A DNA stretch of 64,000 nucleotides from contig CBDBCF010000001.1 in NCBI GenBank assembly GCA_965202985.1, positions 1,728,001 through 1,792,000 of the forward strand, written 5' to 3'. Of this stretch, positions 9,212 through 17,973 are shown piece by piece. The notes below the pieces were generated by a model. The model had not been told where the DNA came from, made no database searches, and was given only the letters and a program-made list of their open reading frames with translations. A program made the position numbers and the translations under genes. The DNA is from Longimicrobiales bacterium (lineage in GTDB: Bacteria > Gemmatimonadota > Gemmatimonadetes > Longimicrobiales > Gaopeijiaceae). How positions within the stretch are numbered: the first letter of the stretch is position 1; each line of letters begins with the position of its first letter.

Positions 9212-9897
9212 CCGCAACCGCAACCGCACCGCGCAACCGCATCGTCATGAACTCGACCGCACGCTCGGCCTTTCTTCCCCTGGCCGCCCGCCCCTCCTTG
9301 GCCGCGCTCTCCTTGGGCGTCTCTCTGTCCCTGGCTGCCGCCTTCTCCCTAGGCCCCCCCGCCCGCCTCGCCGCCCAAGACGGCGTCGCCCTCCCCGTCG
9401 GCACGCCCGCGCCCGACGCCAACGTGGAGGACTTGGAAGGCCGCGCCGTCTCGCTCCTGGAAGTCGCCGGCGTCGCCGAGGGGAACCCGGCGCTGATCGA
9501 GTTCTGGGCCGCTTGGTGCGAACAGTGCGAAGCGCTCCAACCCCAGCTGGACGCGATCCACGAACGGTACCGCGGTCGGGTGGGCGTGGTCGCCGTGGCC
9601 GTAGCCGTGGCTCAGTCTCCGCGCCGCGTGCGCCGCCACGTGGAACGCCACGCGCCCGGCTACGCCTACGTCTACGACGCCTCGGGCGAAGCGGTGCGCG
9701 CGTACCAAGCTCTCACCACGTCGATCGTCGTCCTGGTGGACGGCGCCGGCCGCGTCGCCTACGCCGGCACCGGGCCGGACCAGGACCTGACCGGCGCCGT
9801 CGAAGCCATGCTGGAGGCGGGCGATCCTGCCTCGTCTCAGCCCTCGTCTTCGGGCGCCGGCGTCACCTCGTCGATCACCGCGGCCAGCTCCTCGTAG
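9208..9897 (+). CDS. TlpA/ResA-family thioredoxin-fold disulfide reductase
   Basis: FWAAWCEQC CxxC; signal peptide; GTG overlaps the ccdA stop (GTGA); alternative ATG 9247. Confidence 0.8.
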   Translation: MTATATAPRNRIVMNSTARSAFLPLAARPSLAALSLGVSLSLAAAFSLGPPARLAAQDGVALPVGTPAPDANVEDLEGRAVSLLEVAGVAEGNPALIEFWAAWCEQCEALQPQLDAIHERYRGRVGVVAVAVAVAQSPRRVRRHVERHAPGYAYVYDASGEAVRAYQALTTSIVVLVDGAGRVAYAGTGPDQDLTGAVEAMLEAGDPASSQPSSSGAGVTSSITAASSS

Positions 9898-10442
9898 GCT
9901 GCCGGGTCCACTTGGTTGAAGCGCGGGATCACCTTCGCGACTCGGCCGTCGGGACCCACCACGATCACGGCCCGGCTGTCCACCATGCCGTTGTCGCGCA
10001 GACCCCCGCCGAACGCCGCGTAGGACGCCCCGTCGTTCTCGGCGTCGCTCCCGAACAGGAAGGGAAAGTCCTCGTCCTTGAGCCAGGACGCCAGCTCTTC
10101 CGGCGAGTCGTTGGAGACCCCCAGCAAGACGACGTTCCGGCCCTCGTTGAACAGCTCTGCGTACTGATCACGGTACGCTCTCATTTGAACCGTTCAGCCA
10201 CGCGTCCTGACCCTGAAGAAGAACGCCAGCACCACCGTTTGGCCCCGGTAGTCGCTCAACCGGACCTTGTCCCGCAGAACCCCGTGGCGCGTCGCCCCGG
10301 TCATCTCGATATCCGGCGCCATCGCGCCCTCTTCGATCAGCCCGGCGCCCGCCTCCTGGGCCTGCCCTTCCCCGGCGCTCCCCGTCGCAGCCAGAGCAAG
10401 AGCCAGGGCCAAGGCCGCCCCCGTCGTCGTTCGTCGCGTCAT
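9837..10442 (-). CDS. Exported AhpC/TSA (BCP/PrxQ-like) peroxiredoxin, selenoprotein (UGA = Sec at 10196-10194)
   Basis: ORFs 10194..10493 and 9837..10184 are one frame joined by a single TGA: VVLAFFFRVRTRG-U-TVQMRAYRD, where U sits at the peroxidatic Cys of TPGCTxE; downstream GVSNDS and R(AVIVVGPDG) Prx motifs; ATG 10442 after AGGGAG; SECIS-like hairpin follows. Confidence 0.85.
10148..10196 (-). promoter_or_regulatory. Bacterial SECIS-like stem-loop
   Basis: mRNA UGAACGGUUC-AAAUGAGA-GCGUAC-CGUGAUCA-GUACGC-A-GAGCUGUUCA: perfect 6-bp upper stem starting 16 nt after the UGA and a 10-bp lower stem (2 G-U pairs) that includes the UGA. Confidence 0.7.
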
Positions 10443-10473
10443 CGTTCTCGTCCGCTCCCTCGGTTTGTGGTCG

Positions 10474-11493
10474 TTAGTGAGTTCGCGCGCCAACCGACGC
10501 CCGAATCGCCGCCACCGTCTGCTCCACGCGGAACGCCAGCAGCTTCCGCCCGGTCTCGACGGCGGTCTCCTTGTCGGCGATGCTCACGCCGTTGATCGAC
10601 GCCTTGCCTGCCGCGACCCGCTGGGCGTGGCGCACCGTCCGCGGGTCCTCCACCATCATGATGGCGGTGATCACGAAGTCGTCGTGGAAGCCGTCGTTGG
10701 CGGTCTCCCGAATGCCCAGCTCCTCTTCCATCCAGGCGTGGACTTCGCGGTAGCGATAAAACTCGGGCACGTAGTGGACGCGGGTCATCCCGTCCGCCCA
10801 GCGTTCGTTCAGCGCGTCCGCCACCGCCTCCATGCCGGCTTGGTTGCCGCCGCTGTCGCCGATGAAGACGATGTCCGTGAAGCCGTGGGCGGCCAAGCTG
10901 CTGGCCACGTCGTGCAGCACGGCGCGGAAGGTCTCTTCGCGCAGGCCGATCGTCCCCGGATAGCGCATGTGGCCCGTCTTCTCGGGCTCGAAGGCGCCCT
11001 CGGGCACCAGCTTGACCACCGGTGCGCAGAGCGCGTTCCCCAGCTTTCTTGCGATCCCTTCGCACGCGCCCTCCAGCACGTAGTTGTGCTTGCCCGTGGC
11101 CAGGTACGGCCCGTTCTGCTCGATGCCGCCCGTGGAGACGATCGCCGTGGTCTTGCCGTCCCGGAGCGCGTCCCGGACCTCCATCCACGTCATCTCCTCG
11201 ATCCACACCGTGTTGAGCGCCTCGATCGGCCGCTCCATCGCCATGTCGGCCTGGAACGCCGCTTCCATCTGCGCGGCGCGAGCGGCCCGCTGCTCGGGCG
11301 TCATGGTGCGGCCGCCCTGCTGCTGGGCGTGGACGAGCGCGGGCGACGCCGCCAGGGCGGTGGCGAGCGCCAGCAACAGCGTGGACGCCCGCGTCGAGGT
11401 CGCCGTCGGGACCACCGTCGCAGTCGCCATGGGCGTGCGCTGTCTTGCCAGCCGTCTTCCGTCTTGCATGGGCCGAACCCTCCTGTTCGCCAA
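10474..11493 (-). CDS. Creatininase-family (creatinine amidohydrolase-like) protein with signal peptide
   Basis: EEMTWMEVRDAL, TGGIEQNGPYL, HMRYPGTIGL, FIGDSGGN; start uncertain (ATG 11469 or 11430 also possible). Confidence 0.8.
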   Translation of the reverse strand: MANRRVRPMQDGRRLARQRTPMATATVVPTATSTRASTLLLALATALAASPALVHAQQQGGRTMTPEQRAARAAQMEAAFQADMAMERPIEALNTVWIEEMTWMEVRDALRDGKTTAIVSTGGIEQNGPYLATGKHNYVLEGACEGIARKLGNALCAPVVKLVPEGAFEPEKTGHMRYPGTIGLREETFRAVLHDVASSLAAHGFTDIVFIGDSGGNQAGMEAVADALNERWADGMTRVHYVPEFYRYREVHAWMEEELGIRETANDGFHDDFVITAIMMVEDPRTVRHAQRVAAGKASINGVSIADKETAVETGRKLLAFRVEQTVAAIRASVGARTH

Positions 11494-11600
11494 GGAATGC
11501 GACCTCTATTCTAGTGCGGGCACGGGCCGCGGGCGAACAGGGGGAGGGGACGCCCGCCTCGTGTCGCGCTCCCTCCCCCCGCCCCTGCTCGGAGGCCGTC

Positions 11601-12608
11601 GTGAGACCGGACGACTTGAACGCCGCCCGCGCCGTGGCATTCGCAACCGTCGCAATCGCGGTCGCCGCAACCTGCTGCGGCCAGTCCTCCGGCAGGTCGG
11701 CGGACGCCCCCGCATCGCCCGAGACGATCCGCACCGCCGACCCCTTCGCCCGGGGCTACGCCGTGGACGACTTCCCACGCGTGCAGGAACTCGCGTCGAA
11801 CGTCTACTCGTACGAGCAGCTTCGGTCCGCCGGCGACGAGCTCTTCACCACCGTCAGCCTGTTCGTGGTGACCAACGACGGCGTACTCGTCGCCGACGGA
11901 CAGGGGAGCCCCGCCGAAACGCAACGGCTGATCGACGCGATCGCCCGCATCACCGACCAGCCGATCGCCCACGTCGTCGTCGCTTCCGACCACGGCGACC
12001 ACACCGCCGGCAACAGCGCATTCCCGACCAGCGCCCGCTTCTACGCCCACCCCACCTCGCGGGCCGCGCTGGAGACCGCCGCGGCCGCGCCCGGTCGCTC
12101 CCCCGACGCCCCTCCCGTCGTGATCCCGGACCAGCTCGTGGAGACCGGCAGAACGCTGATCCTGGGCGGCGTCGAGGTGCGCATCCTGTTCCTGGGGCGG
12201 GCTCACACCGGCGGCGACTTGGTCGTCCACCTGCCCAACGAGCGCCTGCTGTTCATGAGCGAAGCGTACCTGCACCGCATCTTCCCGGCGATGCGCTCCG
12301 CTTACCCGTCCGAGTGGATCGCGATGATCGAAGCGGCCCAAGCGATGGACGTGGACATCTACGTGCCCGGCCACGGCTTCGTGGACTCGCCCGCCGTGCT
12401 TGAAGCGGAGTTGGAGGTCTTCCGCCAGGCCGTCGAACAGGTGGTCGAAGAGGCGACCCGACTCCACGCAGCCGGGTTCGCGCTGGAAGACGCGATCGAG
12501 GCGGCCGACTTCGGGGACTTGGAGTCGTGGTCGCTGCGGTCCAGCCAAGCGCCCCGGGCGATCGAGCGCGTCTACATGGAGCTGGAAGGCAAGCTCCCGC
12601 CGGAGTGA
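11601..12608 (+). CDS. MBL-fold metallo-hydrolase, exported, variant motif
   Basis: ASDHGDHTAGN (first His of HxHxDH replaced), AHTGGD, VPGHG; GTG 11601 after GGAGG. Confidence 0.8.
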   Translation: MRPDDLNAARAVAFATVAIAVAATCCGQSSGRSADAPASPETIRTADPFARGYAVDDFPRVQELASNVYSYEQLRSAGDELFTTVSLFVVTNDGVLVADGQGSPAETQRLIDAIARITDQPIAHVVVASDHGDHTAGNSAFPTSARFYAHPTSRAALETAAAAPGRSPDAPPVVIPDQLVETGRTLILGGVEVRILFLGRAHTGGDLVVHLPNERLLFMSEAYLHRIFPAMRSAYPSEWIAMIEAAQAMDVDIYVPGHGFVDSPAVLEAELEVFRQAVEQVVEEATRLHAAGFALEDAIEAADFGDLESWSLRSSQAPRAIERVYMELEGKLPPE

Positions 12609-12979
12609 GGGCAAGGACCCCGGCATAGGCGCGCCCGGAACTTGACGAAGCCGACGCCGGTGTCGTGCCCTAAGGTCTTGTCCCCGATCTCGACCGACGC
12701 GAGCGGCGAATCGGACATCACCAGCATGTACTCGTCCGCAGTGCCGTGAACTACGTCCTGCTCGGCGTAAACCAAGACGCCCACGTTGGCCAACGGATGA
12801 CGGTGCTCGGTGGTGTCCACCTTGCTCCCGACCGTCGCGAAGGTGGTGTCGTAGGCCTCGACGTAGCCTACGATCTCGCCGACTGTCGGCCCCTCGACGG
12901 ACGTGACGGCGTCCTCGCACGCGGCGAAAGACGAGAGGACGGCGACGGCTGCCGCGATGCTGCGTACTGCTCTGCCCAT
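12572..12979 (-). CDS. Hypothetical lipoprotein, probably 3'-truncated
   Basis: ATG after AGGAGAG; lipobox FAAC; the frame runs into the convergent MBL gene's 3' end. Confidence 0.5.
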   Translation of the reverse strand: MGRAVRSIAAAVAVLSSFAACEDAVTSVEGPTVGEIVGYVEAYDTTFATVGSKVDTTEHRHPLANVGVLVYAEQDVVHGTADEYMLVMSDSPLASVEIGDKTLGHDTGVGFVKFRARLCRGPCPHSGGSLPSSSM

Positions 12980-13214
12980 TTGGATTCTCTCCTGGTCCGG
13001 GCGTGGTCGGCCAGGGGCCTTTCCCCCGGCTGCATCGCTCTCTCTATCCCAAAAGGCCGAAAACCCTGCAGGTTCGGCCTCGGGGGCAGGCGGCCGTGCG
13101 GCTGGCGGGCCGGTGATCGGCATCGCGAAGTTCGGTCGCTGGCCAGCCTTGCCGGCGGGGAGTAGAATGCTCGAAGCAAGCCCGAGTCGTCCCCAACCGA
13201 AGGAACTAGCCGCG

Positions 13215-15254
13215 ATGCCCCACGCCACCGAGTTCGGTCTCCCCCACCTTCAGCGTCCGGCAGGAGGCCGGCCCCGAGGCGCGGTCCTTGTTTCGACCCG
13301 CGCAACCTTCCTTGTCCTGGCGGGTCTACTGGCGGTCGTCCACGCGGCCCCCGCGCAAGCCCAGGAAGGCGGCGGGCACGAAGGCGAATGGCGGTACTGG
13401 GGCAGCGACGCCGCGAGCACGCGCTACTCGCCCTTGGACCAGATCGACGCCTCCAACTTCGGCGACCTGGAAGTGGCCTGGACTTGGCGGGGCGACAACT
13501 TCGGCCCCGAGGCGGACCCGTTGCTCCGGGCCACGCCGATCTACGTGAACGGCACGCTGTACTCGGTGGCCGGCTCGCGCCGCACCGCCGTCGCGATCGA
13601 CCCCGCCACCGGCGAGACGCTCTGGACCTTCCGCGAACCGCCCACCAAGCGCTGGGAGGACTCGATGCGGAAGAACTACGGCAAGGGCGTCGCCTACGCC
13701 CAAGTGGACGGCCGAGGCGTGATCTACCTGGTCACGCCCGCGTTCTTCCTCCACGCGCTGGACCCTGACACCGGCTACCCGGTCGAGTCGTTCGGCGAAG
13801 GGGGCGTGGTGGACCTGCTCGACGGCCTAGGTCCCTGGCCCCACGACCGGGACAAGGGACTGGACCCCGCCACCGGCTACATCACCAACTCGTCCCCGCC
13901 GATCGTCGTGAACGGCGTGGTCGTGGTCGGCAACTCGCACGAGCAGGGCTACTACCAGACGCGCCAAGAGAACGTCCCCGGCAACGTCCTGGGCTACGAC
14001 GCCGCCACGGGCGAGCACCTCTGGACGTTCAACGTGATCCCGCAGGAGGGCGAGCACGGCAACGACACCTGGGAGAACGACGCCTGGAAGTGGACCGGCA
14101 ACGTGTCCGCATGGGCGCCGCTCTCGGCGGACCCGGAGCTGGGGCTGGTCTACGTCGTCACCGATCCGCCCACGGTCGACTACTTCGGCGGCTTCCATCC
14201 GGGCGACAACCTCTTCGCCAACACTATCCTGGCGATCGACGCGGCGACCGGCGAGCGGCGCTGGCACTTCCAGACGGTGCACCACGACGTGTGGAACTAC
14301 GACAACCCGACGGCGCCCAACTTGATGGACGTCACGGTGGACGGTCGCGAGGTGCGGGCGCTGGTGCAGGTCACCAAGCAGGGCTGGGCCTACGTCCTGG
14401 ACCGGGCCACGGGCGAACCGGTCTGGCCGATCGAGGAGCGCTCCGTGCCGCAGTCCGACGTGCCCGGCGAGCACCTGTCGCCCACGCAGCCGTTTGTGAC
14501 GCGCCCCGCCCCCTTCGAGATGCAGGGGCTCACCGAGGACGACCTGATCGACTTCACGCCCGAGCTGCGCGCCATGGCTCTGGAGATCGTCAAGGACTTC
14601 CGGCTGGGGCCGCTCTTCAACCCGCCCTCGCGCGAGAACGCGCCCGACGGCACGCAAGCCGCGATCCACTGCCCCGGCGCGAACGGAGGCGCCAACATCC
14701 CTGGCGGCGCGGCGGCGGACCCCGAGACGGGCATCCTCTACGTGGCGTCCACCAAGGGCTGCAGCGCGCCCCGGCTGGTCCCCGGAACCGACGTGGACCC
14801 GGAGTCGAACGTGGACTGGGTGTCGGTGGGACCGGGCGGCGTGCGCGGCCCCGAGGGCCTGCCGATCTTCAAGCCCCCCTACGGAACGATCACTGCCATC
14901 GACATGAACACGGGCGACCACCTATGGCAGATACCCAACGGCACCACGCCCGAGTCGGTCAAGAACCATCCTCTGCTTGAGGGCGTGGACGTGGGCAACA
15001 CGGGCTCCCGCTCCCACGCCACCAAGCTGGTGACCAAGACGCTGCTCATGTACGGCGAGGGCCGGGGCGCGGCGCCGATCTTCCGGGCGGTGGACAAGGC
15101 GACGGGCGAGGAGCTGGGGGCGGTCGAGCTGCCGGGTTCGACGTTGACCGCGCCGATGACCTACATGCACGAAGGCGTCCAGTACGTGGTGATGGCCGTG
15201 GGCGGGCGCGGGATGGCGGGCGCGCTGGTGGCGCTGCGGCTGCCGGAGGAGTGA
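13215..15254 (+). CDS. PQQ-dependent (quinoprotein glucose dehydrogenase-like) dehydrogenase
   Basis: STRYSPLDQI, ATPIYVNG, SPPIVV, WHFQTVHHDVWNYD, PPYGTITAIDMNTG, PMTY..GVQYV. Confidence 0.9.
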   Translation: MPHATEFGLPHLQRPAGGRPRGAVLVSTRATFLVLAGLLAVVHAAPAQAQEGGGHEGEWRYWGSDAASTRYSPLDQIDASNFGDLEVAWTWRGDNFGPEADPLLRATPIYVNGTLYSVAGSRRTAVAIDPATGETLWTFREPPTKRWEDSMRKNYGKGVAYAQVDGRGVIYLVTPAFFLHALDPDTGYPVESFGEGGVVDLLDGLGPWPHDRDKGLDPATGYITNSSPPIVVNGVVVVGNSHEQGYYQTRQENVPGNVLGYDAATGEHLWTFNVIPQEGEHGNDTWENDAWKWTGNVSAWAPLSADPELGLVYVVTDPPTVDYFGGFHPGDNLFANTILAIDAATGERRWHFQTVHHDVWNYDNPTAPNLMDVTVDGREVRALVQVTKQGWAYVLDRATGEPVWPIEERSVPQSDVPGEHLSPTQPFVTRPAPFEMQGLTEDDLIDFTPELRAMALEIVKDFRLGPLFNPPSRENAPDGTQAAIHCPGANGGANIPGGAAADPETGILYVASTKGCSAPRLVPGTDVDPESNVDWVSVGPGGVRGPEGLPIFKPPYGTITAIDMNTGDHLWQIPNGTTPESVKNHPLLEGVDVGNTGSRSHATKLVTKTLLMYGEGRGAAPIFRAVDKATGEELGAVELPGSTLTAPMTYMHEGVQYVVMAVGGRGMAGALVALRLPEE

Positions 15255-16180
15255 TGGCTCGGGAGTCCCGGCGGAAGCCGACGCGGTCCCTGACGACAAG
15301 CCAGCGAACCTCGGTTGCGAGCCCGCGAACCGCTTGCATCGGTTCCTGGCCCACGGCGTCCACGAGCTTGGTCGGCGTCTTGGCCGCGCTTGTCCTGGCC
15401 GGTTGCCAGCCCGCCGCCTCGCCGCCCGACAACCCGCTGGCCGCCTTCGACGGCAGCGCCGGACGCTGGGTTGACCTTTCCCACTCCTTCGGCCCTTCGA
15501 CGATCTACTGGCCCACCGACACCGCCGGCTTCCAGCACACCGAATTGGCCTACGGCACGACCGAGGGCGGCTGGTTCTACTCCTCCTACGCCTTCGCCTC
15601 CGCCGAGCACGGCGGGACCCACCTGGACGCCCCCAGCCACTTCGCCGAGGGCCGGCGGACGGCCGACCAAGTGCCGCTGTCGAGCCTGATCGCGCCCGCG
15701 TCGGTCGTGGACGTGTCGGCCAAGGCGACGCCCGACTACCAGCTCTCCGTGGCCGACCTGGAAGCGTGGGAGGCCCAGCACGGGCGCATCGCCGACGGTT
15801 CGATCCTGTTGGTGCGGATGGGCTGGTCGGAGCGGTGGAGCGACCGCGCAGCCTACCTGGGGACCTCGGCGACCGGTCCCGCCGCCGTGCCCGAGCTGCA
15901 CTTCCCCGGGATCGGTCCCGACGCAGCCCAGTGGCTCGTGGACAACCGTGCCGTGGCCGCCGTGGGCATCGACACGCCCAGCATCGACTACGGCCAGTCC
16001 ACCGACTTCGAGTCCCACGTGATCCTCTACGCCCAAGAGATCGCCGGCTTCGAGAACGTGACGAACCTGGACGAGCTGCCGGCCGTGGGGGCGGCGGTGG
16101 TGGCGCTGCCGATGAAGATCGAGAACGGGAGCGGCGGGCCGCTGAGGATTGTGGCTTACGTGCCCGAGCCGGAGGCGTAG
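15251..16180 (+). CDS. Cyclase family (kynurenine formamidase-like) lipoprotein
   Basis: EHGGTHLDAPSH, GIDTPSID, ENVTNL, LPMKI..GSGGPLR; lipobox LAGC; overlaps the upstream stop. Confidence 0.88.
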   Translation: MMARESRRKPTRSLTTSQRTSVASPRTACIGSWPTASTSLVGVLAALVLAGCQPAASPPDNPLAAFDGSAGRWVDLSHSFGPSTIYWPTDTAGFQHTELAYGTTEGGWFYSSYAFASAEHGGTHLDAPSHFAEGRRTADQVPLSSLIAPASVVDVSAKATPDYQLSVADLEAWEAQHGRIADGSILLVRMGWSERWSDRAAYLGTSATGPAAVPELHFPGIGPDAAQWLVDNRAVAAVGIDTPSIDYGQSTDFESHVILYAQEIAGFENVTNLDELPAVGAAVVALPMKIENGSGGPLRIVAYVPEPEA

Positions 16181-16213
16181 GCAACCGAAAACGCTGTCTC
16201 GCGGAAGGGCGTC

Positions 16214-16858
16214 ATGACCGAGAGCCAAAACCTGGAACGGAAGAGGTCTTGGCGCGACGAGCATCTGAGGCGGATATGCGGTTTCGCGAACGCACACGGC
16301 GGTGTGCTGGAAGTCGGGAGGGACGATCGGGGCAAGGTCGTGGGCGTGAAGGACATTGCCCGACTCCTGGAGGAGATCCCCAACAAGGCTCGGTCGTCGT
16401 TGGGCATCATCGTGGACGTGAACCTCAAGTCCAAGGACGGCATCGAGTACCTGCAGATCGTGGTTGGTCCTTACCCGAATCCGATCAGCTACAAGGGAGA
16501 GTTCCACTACCGGAGCGGATCAACGAAACAGGTGCTTCACGGCGCCGCCTTGAGCCGATTCCTAATACGGAAGCAACAAACTGTCCAGGCTACCCAAGAA
16601 ACTACCCAAGAACCGGCTGAGACTACCCAAGAAACTGCCCAAGAACCGGCCCGGACTACCCAAGAACCGGCGCCGACCACGCGGGAGCGAATCCTGGCGC
16701 TCCTCGAAGCCGAACCGCGCATCACGCGACGCATCCTGGCCGAGCGCATCGGCATCACGCCGAGTGGCATCAAGTACCATTTGGCCAAGCTGCGGAAGGC
16801 CGGGATCATCCGGCACGTTGGTCCGACGAAGGCTGGACGCTGGGAGGTCCTGAAGTGA
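16214..16858 (+). CDS. AlbA/Schlafen-domain protein with C-terminal winged HTH (central ATPase-like domain missing)
   Basis: ESQNLERKRSW..ICGFANAHGG.LEVG.DD.G, HYRSGST; C-terminal ITRRILAERIGIT..GIKYHL..L..AG.IRHVGPTKAGRWEV. Confidence 0.75.
   Translation: MTESQNLERKRSWRDEHLRRICGFANAHGGVLEVGRDDRGKVVGVKDIARLLEEIPNKARSSLGIIVDVNLKSKDGIEYLQIVVGPYPNPISYKGEFHYRSGSTKQVLHGAALSRFLIRKQQTVQATQETTQEPAETTQETAQEPARTTQEPAPTTRERILALLEAEPRITRRILAERIGITPSGIKYHLAKLRKAGIIRHVGPTKAGRWEVLK
16589..16672 (+). repeat. Intragenic tandem repeats (ACTACCCAAGAA core; TQE/TQEPA peptide units)
   Basis: Five CT(A/G)CCCAAGAA cores arranged as about 33-nt higher-order units. Confidence 0.8.
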
Positions 16859-16925
16859 CCGCAGCCAGCCAACGGTTGCGGACGACTCGACAGAGAGGGA
16901 CGATCCGCCGCCGACGGACGCCCCG

Positions 16926-17560
16926 GTGATCGAGAGACGCCTCCGGAGCCTCTGGGATCGTGTCCTGGCCAAGAGGGCCGACGTGTCCCACTTCTTGACC
17001 CAGGTTCGACTGCAAGGCATTCGGGGAATCGACGACTTGGCCGTGGGATTCATCTCGCCGGTCGTCGCAATTGCCGGCGGCAACGCCAGCGGCAAATCCA
17101 CGCTCCTGGCCGCGATTGCCTGCGCGTATCGAGTGCCCGGAGCACGCCACGGAGACTTTCTGCCGACCACGCTGTTCGCGGACTATCGGCCCAGGCGAGG
17201 AACCTACAGGGATGTCCGGGGACCCGCTGCCATCGAGTTCGAGTATTCGACTCCGAACGGGGGACGGGCCATGCGGTGGCGGCGCACCAGTGGTTGGCGG
17301 CAGACGTTCTACGGACGGCGGAGCGCGTCCCAGCCCGAGCGGCCCGTCCACGTGCACGTGACGAGGAACCTCGACGACCCGGCGGAGGTTCGCGACTCGG
17401 TCGCGGGCATTACGCGGGGACGTTCTGTGACGAAGGAGAGACCTTTGACGCTCTGGGAGATGCACTTTGCCGAGAAGATGTTGCCGTTCAAGTACTCGGA
17501 AGTGACCAACCTTGCGCGAGACGGCCACAGCCTGCTGTTCGCCCGGCAGAAGGGGGGCGC
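16926..17560 (+). pseudogene. Truncated paralogue of the OLD-like ATPase at 1634..3190
   Basis: Colinear similarity (GIRGIDDL, IAGGNASGKST, ACAYRVPGA, FEYSTP, QPERPV) stops at [10 protein letters not shown], just before the ABC signature, where IS5 sequence starts. Confidence 0.85.
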
Positions 17561-17836
17561 ACCAGCGTCGACTCGTGCGGGTTCGCAGGATGCGTGCTCA
17601 ACGACAGCGGAAGCCCGCAGCGGTCCACGATCGCCATGATCTTCACGTCCTTGCCCGCCTTGGTGATCCCCACGCCCGCGCCGCCGCCCTTCGCCCGCGC
17701 GAACGACGCGTCGACGTACGCCTCCGAGCCGTCGAACAGCCCCCGCTGCTTCGCTTCGCCCGCCAAGTCCTCGAGCACCGCGTCGAGCACGCCCGTCCGT
17801 ACTCGGCAACCACATCATGTTTTTGAGATAGGTTCT
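17560..17836 (-). mobile_element. IS5-family transposase remnant with probable terminal inverted repeat
   Basis: Minus frame [60 protein letters not shown] (IS5 DDE N2/N3 region); AGAACCTATCTCAAAAA at 17836-17820 resembles IS5 ends; both deleted internally and truncated. Confidence 0.7.
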
Positions 17837-17839
17837 AAT

Positions 17840-17902
17840 AACATCGAAGTGCGGACATGTCGAGACGTACAGGTCACTGTCGCTTTCAATGATCGCAGTC
17901 AG
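17840..17902 (-). pseudogene. HicB-like antitoxin N-terminal fragment
   Basis: LTAIIESDSDLYVSTCPHFDV resembles the HicB start (LTAIIE.E.D.YVA.CP.LD); cut by the IS5 end. Confidence 0.4.
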
Positions 17903-17973
17903 CGCGGCCTGATGAGTCAATCGAACCGACGTTGCCGCCACACGGTACTCGACGATGATCGACGAGATCAGAC

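Noticed and set aside
16589..16672. Short direct repeats as a possible CRISPR array
   Set aside because: No unique spacers, units are in-frame coding, and no cas genes are present.
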